Positions 58,162 to 64,000 of a stretch of DNA of 64,000 bases are shown here, in pieces. The stretch lies in contig CAVVLJ010000020.1 in NCBI GenBank assembly GCA_963749075.1, forward strand, positions 608,001-672,000. Reading direction: 5' to 3'. The translations under genes were made by a program, and so were the position numbers. The DNA comes from an uncultured Pseudomonadota bacterium. GTDB lineage: Bacteria; Pseudomonadota; Alphaproteobacteria; JACZXZ01. Below the pieces are notes generated by a model. That model was not told the DNA's origin. It saw only the letters and a program-made list of their open reading frames with translations, and made no database searches. Each line of letters opens with the position of its first letter. Position 1 is the stretch's first letter.

Positions 58162-59016
58162 ATGATGGCCATCAAGAGCATCTTGATTCCCCTGACAGGC
58201 TACGAGGAGGGCGAGGTCGCGCTGGTGGCGGCACTCGGCCTGGCGCGCCGGCTCGGCGCCTATGCCGACGTGCTGCACGTGAAGCCGGATCCGCGCGAGG
58301 CCGTGCCGCTCATCGCCGAGGGGACCTCCGGCCCGGTGATCGCCGACATCATCGAGGCCGCCGAGAAGGAGGCGGCGCTGCGCGCCGAGACGGCGGAGCG
58401 CTTCTTCGTCTCGGCCTGCAAGGCGGCCAAGGTCACCACCGCCGGCGAGAGCGCCGGCGCGCGCTTCCGCAGCCTGGTCGGCCGCGCGCCGGACGACGTG
58501 CCGCTCGCCGCGCGCGTGCGGGATCTCGTCGTCATGATCCGGGTGCCCGAGGAGAGGGACATCGACTGGCGGCTCACCCTCGAGGCGACGCTCGTCGAAG
58601 GCGGCCGGCCCGTCCTCGTCCTGCCGGCCGACACGCGCGGGCCGTTCGGCAAGGCGGTGGCGCTCGCCTGGAACGGCAGCGTCGAGGCGGCGCGCGCCGC
58701 AACGGCGGCCTTGCCGCTGCTCGCGCAAGCCGAGCGCGTGCTGCTGCTCTCGGGCGTCAAGCAGGCGCCGGTCGAGCCGAGCCTCGACGCCCTCGCCGAA
58801 TGGCTCGGCCACCACGGCATCAAAGGCGAGGCGAAGCGCGTGGCGCTCAAGGGCTGGCCGGTCGGCAGCGAGCTGGTCGGCGAGGCGGCCGCCGCGGGCG
58901 CCGATCTCCTGGTGATGGGCGCCTACGGCCACAGCCGCATGCGCGAGACCATCTTCGGCGGCGCCACCCGCGCCGTGCTCAACGAGTCCCGCCTGCCGGT
59001 CCTCCTCGAGCATTGA
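58162..59016 (+). CDS. Universal stress protein (tandem USP)
   Basis: GRPVLV.P, AWNGS.EAARA, LVMGAYGHSRMRE..FGGATR, PVLLEH. Confidence 0.92.
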   Translation: MMAIKSILIPLTGYEEGEVALVAALGLARRLGAYADVLHVKPDPREAVPLIAEGTSGPVIADIIEAAEKEAALRAETAERFFVSACKAAKVTTAGESAGARFRSLVGRAPDDVPLAARVRDLVVMIRVPEERDIDWRLTLEATLVEGGRPVLVLPADTRGPFGKAVALAWNGSVEAARAATAALPLLAQAERVLLLSGVKQAPVEPSLDALAEWLGHHGIKGEAKRVALKGWPVGSELVGEAAAAGADLLVMGAYGHSRMRETIFGGATRAVLNESRLPVLLEH

Positions 59017-59082
59017 GCGCGGGGAGGCACCGCTCCTTTCGCGGCGCTGGCGTCACGGGCGGATTGCGCTAAACTCCGGCCC

Positions 59083-59826
59083 ATGCCCGACGAGACACCG
59101 AAGACGGTCCTCTTGACCGGCGCCAGCCGCGGCATCGGCCACGCCAGCGTCAAGCGCTTCTCCGACGAGGGCTGGCGCATCATCACCTGCAGCCGCGAGG
59201 ACGTGCCGCCCGAGTGCAAGCGCGATCCCAACTGGACGCACCATGTGGTGACCGACCTGGCGGAGCCTGCGAGTGCCGGGGCCTTCATCGCCGAAGCGGT
59301 CGAGCTCCTCGAGGGTGCCGCCCTCCATGCCCTCGTCAACAATGCGGCGGTCTCGCCCAAGGCGCCGTTCAGCGAGCGCCTGGGCTCGCTCAACGGCGAC
59401 CTCGACGAGTGGCGCCGCGTCTTCGAGCTCAATTTCTTTGCCCCGCTGGCGCTCTCGCGCGGGTTCGCCCCGGCGCTCGCCAAGGGCAAGGGCTGCATCG
59501 TCAACATCACCTCGATCGCCGGGCACGCCATCCATCCCTTCGCCGGCTCGGCCTATTCGACCTCGAAGGCCGCCCTCTCGGCGCTCACGCGCGAGATGGC
59601 CGTCGAGTTCGCGGCACTCGGCGTGCGCGTCAATGCGGTGGCCCCGGGCGAGATCGAGACGGCGATGGTGGGGCCCGAGTACGACAGCCTCATCCCGCGC
59701 ATCCCGCTCCATCGCCTGGGCACGCCCGAGGAGGTGGCAGGGGTGGTCTTCCAGCTCTGCTCGGCCGACTTCGGCTACGTCACCGGCACCGAGATCTTCA
59801 TCACCGGCGGGCAGCACTTGCTCTGA
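59083..59826 (+). CDS. Short-chain dehydrogenase/reductase
   Basis: TGASRGIG, NNA, YSTSK, NAVAPG. Confidence 0.92.
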   Translation: MPDETPKTVLLTGASRGIGHASVKRFSDEGWRIITCSREDVPPECKRDPNWTHHVVTDLAEPASAGAFIAEAVELLEGAALHALVNNAAVSPKAPFSERLGSLNGDLDEWRRVFELNFFAPLALSRGFAPALAKGKGCIVNITSIAGHAIHPFAGSAYSTSKAALSALTREMAVEFAALGVRVNAVAPGEIETAMVGPEYDSLIPRIPLHRLGTPEEVAGVVFQLCSADFGYVTGTEIFITGGQHLL

Positions 59827-59830
59827 CGAG

Positions 59831-59914
59831 CAGACGACGGACGACAGACGACGGATGACTGACGCGATGCCCGGATCCGGCATCCGTCGTCCGTCATCTG
59901 TTTTCTGTCCTCCG
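59831..59914. repeat. Inverted heptamer array (C[AG]GA[CT]GA)n around a hairpin, between convergent genes
   Basis: CAGACGA-CGGACGA-CAGACGA-CGGATGA ... GATGCC/GGCATC hairpin ... TCGTCCG-TCATCTG-TTTTCTG-TCCTCCG. Confidence 0.75.
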
Positions 59915-60430
59915 ATCCTCGAACCATCTCCTGCGCGCCTCGAGCTGGGCGAGGTCGTGGCCGAGCCAGTCGGCGAGGAGGCCGGCGGGCTCGCGCGCGC
60001 GCAAGTCGGCGAGGCGGGCGATCTCGCCCTCGGTCGCCTCGACGAGGAGGTCGAGCTGCTGGCGCTTCTCATCGGCGTCGAGCAGGTCGAAGAAGCGCAT
60101 CTTGAGCGCCACCACGAGCTTGTTGAGGTCGTCGACGGGCGAGCGCACGCGGCTCTTGAGGAGGGTCTTGAGCTCGGCGCGGCCGGCCTCGGTGATGGCG
60201 AGGCGCGCGTCGTCCGCGATGTCGCTGCCCTCGACCGGCTCGACCAGCCCCTCGAGGCGGAGAAGCTCGATCGAGGTGCCGAGGATGTCGAGGGACGGCC
60301 CCATCACCCGGCTCGCGAAGTGGCGCACCGCGGCCGCGAGTGCCGCGTAGCGCTCGGGCCCGCCCGCGAGGATGCCGAGGGCGCAGAGCCTGATCGCCTC
60401 GGTCGGGATGAGCGTCTTGTCGCGGTACAT
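59894..60430 (-). CDS. PadR-like winged-helix hypothetical protein
   Basis: LGIL..GP..Y, L..EGLV, ITEAGRAEL, helical C-terminus. Confidence 0.65.
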   Translation of the reverse strand: MYRDKTLIPTEAIRLCALGILAGGPERYAALAAAVRHFASRVMGPSLDILGTSIELLRLEGLVEPVEGSDIADDARLAITEAGRAELKTLLKSRVRSPVDDLNKLVVALKMRFFDLLDADEKRQQLDLLVEATEGEIARLADLRAREPAGLLADWLGHDLAQLEARRRWFEDRRTENR

Positions 60431-60499
60431 GCGTCGCGGCCCCTATTGGCTATGACGGGATATGGGGACGCAGGACCCTCAAGTCCAGCTGCCGGCGGC

Positions 60500-61714
60500 T
60501 CACGCCGCGCGTCTCAGGCCGAGCCTCGACCACACGTCGCGCAAGGCCTCGAGGAGGCGGTCCACGTGCCGCTCCTCGTGGAGCGGGCTCGGCGTGAGCC
60601 TCAGGCGCTCGCTGCCGCGCGGCACGGTCGGGTAATTGATCGGCTGCACATAGATGCCGTGGCGATCTAAGAGCTCGTCGCAGGCCTCCTTGCAGAGGCA
60701 CGCGTCGCCCACGAGGAGCGGGACGATGTGGCTGGCGCTCGCCATGACCGGGAGCCCGGCCGCCTCGAGGCGGCGCTTGAGGGTCAAGGCGCGCTCCTGG
60801 TGGCGCTGCCGCTCGGCGCCGCTCGCCTTCAGGTGCCGCACGCTGGCAAGCGCCCCGGCAGCAATGTGCGGCGGCAGCGCCGTCGTGAAGATGAAGCCCG
60901 CGGCGTGGCTGCGCACCGCGTCGACCAGCGCCGCCGAGCCCGCGATATAGCCGCCCATGCAGCCGAAGGCCTTGCCGAGGGTGCCCTCGATGACCGCGAG
61001 GCGGTGCATCTGGCCTTGGCGCTCCGCAATGCCGCCGCCGTGCGGACCGTAGAGGCCGACGGCGTGCACCTCGTCGAGGTAGGTGAGGGCGCCGAAGCGC
61101 TCCGCGACATCGCAGAGCGCGGCGATGGGGCCGATGTCGCCGTCCATCGAATAGACGCTCTCGAAGGCGACGAGCTTGGGGGCGGCGGGATCGCTCTCGC
61201 CGAGGAGGCGCTCGAGGTCGCGTGCATCGCTGTGCCGGAAGATGCGCTTCTGGGCGCCGCCGTGGCGCATGCCCTCGATCATCGAGGCATGGTTGAGCGC
61301 GTCCGAGAAAATGACGAGCCCGGGGAGCAGCCGGCTCAAGCTGGCGAGCGCCGCCTCGTTGGCGACGTAGCCCGAGGTGAAGAGGAGGGCGGCCTCCTTG
61401 CCGTGGAGTGAGGCGAGCTCGCGCTCGAGGAGCACGTGCTCGTGGCTGGTGCCCGAGATGTTGCGCGTGCCGCCGGCGCCGGCGCCGGCGCGCTCGAGCG
61501 ATTGGCGCATGGCGGCGAGCACCGCCGGATGCTGCCCCATGCCAAGGTAGTCGTTGCTGCACCACACCACGACCTCGCGGCTCCGGCCGTCGGGCGTGCG
61601 GTAGGTGGCGTTGGGGAACGACCCGGCATGGCGCTCGAGGTCGGCGAAGACGCGATAGCGCCCCTCGGCCTGAAGTGCCCCGAGTGCCTCGCGGAAGCGG
61701 CGCTCATAGTCCAT
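60500..61714 (-). CDS. hemA: 5-aminolevulinate synthase
   Basis: [55 protein letters not shown]. Confidence 0.96.
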   Translation of the reverse strand: MDYERRFREALGALQAEGRYRVFADLERHAGSFPNATYRTPDGRSREVVVWCSNDYLGMGQHPAVLAAMRQSLERAGAGAGGTRNISGTSHEHVLLERELASLHGKEAALLFTSGYVANEAALASLSRLLPGLVIFSDALNHASMIEGMRHGGAQKRIFRHSDARDLERLLGESDPAAPKLVAFESVYSMDGDIGPIAALCDVAERFGALTYLDEVHAVGLYGPHGGGIAERQGQMHRLAVIEGTLGKAFGCMGGYIAGSAALVDAVRSHAAGFIFTTALPPHIAAGALASVRHLKASGAERQRHQERALTLKRRLEAAGLPVMASASHIVPLLVGDACLCKEACDELLDRHGIYVQPINYPTVPRGSERLRLTPSPLHEERHVDRLLEALRDVWSRLGLRRAA

Positions 61715-61799
61715 CGGCGACCTCCCCGGACAGCTGCCCGTGCTTAGGCCCGATCGTGGCGCGCCGGAATGTGTCACATTGCCGCGGACGGCCCCTCTG

Positions 61800-63188
61800 C
61801 TACGCCGCCACGAGCTGGCGCTCGCGGAGGCCCGCGTGGGTCTCGTCGAGCGCCTTGGCGACGGCGTCGAACATGGCGTCGATCTCGCGCTCGCTGATGA
61901 TGAGGGGCGGGCAGAAGCCGAGCGTGTCGCCCATGCCGCGGGTGATGACGCCGTGCGCCTGGGCGAACTTGGAGGCAAGAATGCCGACGCCGTCCTTGGG
62001 CTCGAAGGCCTCCCGCGTCGCCTTGTCCTTGACGAGCTCGAGGCCGCCGATGAGGCCGACGCCGCGCGCCTCGCCGACGAGCGGGTGGCCTGAGAGCGCC
62101 CTGAGCCGCGCCTGGAAACGCGGCGCCACGCGCCCCACGTGCTCGAGGATGCGGCGCTCCTCGTAGATCTTGAGGGTCTCGAGCGCCACTGCCGCCGGCA
62201 CCGGGTGGCCGCCATAGGTGAAGCCGTGGGCGAAGACGCCGATCTTCTCGCTCTCGGCAACGAGGGCGCGGTAGATCTTCTCGTTCACCATGAGGGCGGA
62301 GATCGGCATATAGGCGGCGGAGAGCTGCTTGGCGACCGTGATCATGTCGGGCTCGAGGCCGTAGGTGGTGGTCGCGAACATGTTGCCGGTGCGCCCGAAG
62401 CCGCAGATCACCTCGTCGGCGAGGAAGAGCACGTCGTACTTCTTGAGCACCTTCTGGATCTTCTCGAAGTAGGTCTTGGGCGGCACAATGACGCCCCCCG
62501 CACCCATCACCGGCTCGGCGAAGAAGGCGGCGACCGTCTCGGGACCCTCGCTGAGGATGAGCGCCTCGAGCGCCTCCGCCATGCGCGTGGCAAAAGCCTC
62601 CTCGCTCTCGCCCGGCTTGCCGTAGCGGTAGTGATGGGGGCATTCGGTATGGAGGATGCGCGCGATCGGCAGGTCGAAGTCGCGGTGGTTGTTGGGCAGG
62701 CCCGTCAGGCTCGCCGCCGCCACGGTGACGCCGTGATAGCCGCGCAGGCGCGCGATGATCTTCTTCTTCTCCGGCTTGCCGATGGCGTTGTGGTAGTACC
62801 AGATGAGCTTGACCGCGCTGTCGTTGGCCTCCGAGCCGGAGTTGGCGAAGAACACCTTCGACATGGGCACCGGCGCCATGTTGATGAGCCGCTCGGCGAG
62901 CTCGATGCCGACCTCCGAGGTCTTGTGGCCGAAGGCATGGTAGAAGGGCAGCTTGCGCATCTGCTTGACCGCGGCGTCGATGAGGCGCTCCTCGCTGAAG
63001 CCGAGCGAGGCGCACCACAGGCCGCCCAGGCCCTCGATGTAGCGCTTGCCCGCATCGTCGTACACGTAGACGCCCTCGCCGCGGGTGATGACGAGCGGGC
63101 CTTCCTTCTCGTGGACGCTCAGGTTCGTGTAGGGATGCAGGTAATAGGCGATGTCGCGCGCCTGGTTCGAGTTCAATCGGGCGGTCAT
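61800..63188 (-). CDS. Class III (omega) aminotransferase
   Basis: [52 protein letters not shown]. Confidence 0.92.
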   Translation of the reverse strand: MTARLNSNQARDIAYYLHPYTNLSVHEKEGPLVITRGEGVYVYDDAGKRYIEGLGGLWCASLGFSEERLIDAAVKQMRKLPFYHAFGHKTSEVGIELAERLINMAPVPMSKVFFANSGSEANDSAVKLIWYYHNAIGKPEKKKIIARLRGYHGVTVAAASLTGLPNNHRDFDLPIARILHTECPHHYRYGKPGESEEAFATRMAEALEALILSEGPETVAAFFAEPVMGAGGVIVPPKTYFEKIQKVLKKYDVLFLADEVICGFGRTGNMFATTTYGLEPDMITVAKQLSAAYMPISALMVNEKIYRALVAESEKIGVFAHGFTYGGHPVPAAVALETLKIYEERRILEHVGRVAPRFQARLRALSGHPLVGEARGVGLIGGLELVKDKATREAFEPKDGVGILASKFAQAHGVITRGMGDTLGFCPPLIISEREIDAMFDAVAKALDETHAGLRERQLVAA

Positions 63189-63356
63189 CGGTGCCTCGCC
63201 ATTGGGGGTTCGCCGTTTCGTGTCGCCGCTAACCTACCTCGCCGCAGCCGGCAGGACAATGCGTGCATGCCGCGCGCGGCAATGTCCTTCGCGCATGGCG
63301 GCAAGGGGGATCGGCAAGGGGGATCGGTTGACCCGGCTCCCCCTCGGCCTCTATCG

Positions 63357-63370
63357 TTGACCTGCGTCAA
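63357..63370. promoter_or_regulatory. FNR/FixK-type box upstream of USP gene 2
   Basis: TTGAC-CTGC-GTCAA, perfect inverted half-sites. Confidence 0.65.
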
Positions 63371-63468
63371 TGAGCGGAGCGGGACTTCCCGCTTGAGTGG
63401 CCCGAGGCGCGGCCGCGTAATGTCGGAGCCGAAGCATAAGGCCGAAGCATGAGGATGGGGAGGCAGCC

Positions 63469-64000
63469 ATGGCGCTCAAGGATCTGATGGTCCAAGTCAA
63501 TAGCTCCAAGCATGCCGGCAAGCGCATCGAGCTCGCCGTGCGCCTCGCGCAGGACAACGATGCGCATCTCGTCGGCCTCTACGTCTCGCCCGGCTTCGAA
63601 ATGCCGCCCTATATCGCGGCGCAGGTGCCGCCCGACGTGCTGCTTGCCCAGGAGCGCCGCATGCGCGACGTGCTCGAGCGCCTCAAGTCCGACTTCGAGG
63701 AGCGCATGCGCAAGGCCGGCATCGAGTGGGAGTGGCGCCAGGCCGAGGGCGATCCGGGTGCGACCGCCGCGGTGCATGCGCGCTACACGGACCTCGCGGT
63801 CGTCGGGCAGAACGATCCCGACGAGGAGACCCCCGAGCTCGACGAGCTGCTTGCCGAGCGCGTCGTGCTCGAATCCGGGCGGCCGGCCCTCGTCGTCCCC
63901 TATGCCGGCAGCTTTCCCAAGGTGGGCGAGCGGGTGCTCGTGGCGTGGAACGCGAGTGCGGCCGCGGTGCGCGCCGTCAACGACGCGCTGCCGATCCTCG
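63469..64000 (+). CDS. Universal stress protein, 3' truncated by window edge
   Basis: Translated by eye: MALKDLMVQV.., AHLVGLY, ARYTDLAVVGQ, SGRPALVVP, VLVAWNAS..AVRAVNDALP; GGGAGG SD; missing from the ORF track because it has no stop. Confidence 0.88.
   Translation, partial: MALKDLMVQVNSSKHAGKRIELAVRLAQDNDAHLVGLYVSPGFEMPPYIAAQVPPDVLLAQERRMRDVLERLKSDFEERMRKAGIEWEWRQAEGDPGATAAVHARYTDLAVVGQNDPDEETPELDELLAERVVLESGRPALVVPYAGSFPKVGERVLVAWNASAAAVRAVNDALPIL

Noticed and set aside
59831-59914. Possible CRISPR array or other spacer-containing repeat (also 7276-7363 and 20846-20957)
   Set aside because: Units are 7-9 nt or simple palindromes with no unique spacers, and no cas genes are present

Overview
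GC-rich (visibly about 70%) chromosomal window, probably from an alphaproteobacterium, judged by the C4-pathway hemA, the hdac-xseB-ispA-dxs-tlyA-rlmD synteny and a CtrA-type box. From left to right it holds: the end of a liv-type ABC transporter; a vapBC module; a frameshifted DedA-PAP2-LssY membrane gene; a lower phenylacetate (paa) operon led by a stand-alone PaaA-like protein with a degenerate diiron site and ending in an FAD monooxygenase/DUF2783 pair; flavodoxin, NUDIX, persulfide dioxygenase-tusA, an FAD oxidoreductase and an HDAC; a second vapBC; the xseB-ispA-dxs block; an orphan HTH antitoxin; tlyA, rlmD and DUF1800/DUF1501. Next is an accessory island (about 26.5-37 kb) with two OmpR-type two-component systems around a machinery-less Tad minor-pilin cassette (two TadE-like and two divergent TadG-like proteins without vWA domains). 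After it come a LysR-linked sugar ABC/dehydrogenase/lactonase/PLP-enzyme operon, a TPP enzyme, sppA, aroC, fabI, a secreted Pro/Tyr-rich protein and lipoprotein trio, pdxH, fieF, and a putative low-oxygen block (APH-kinase fusion, two USPs with FNR-type boxes, hemA). The strongest novelty candidates are the Tad tip-adhesin cassette (LecB/DUF4114-like motif, CtrA box, shared 25-bp motif), the PaaA-like pseudoenzyme, and heptamer repeats that supply gene stop codons. I saw no rRNA, tRNA, CRISPR array, transposase or integrase. Family calls come from reading motifs by eye, not from database searches.
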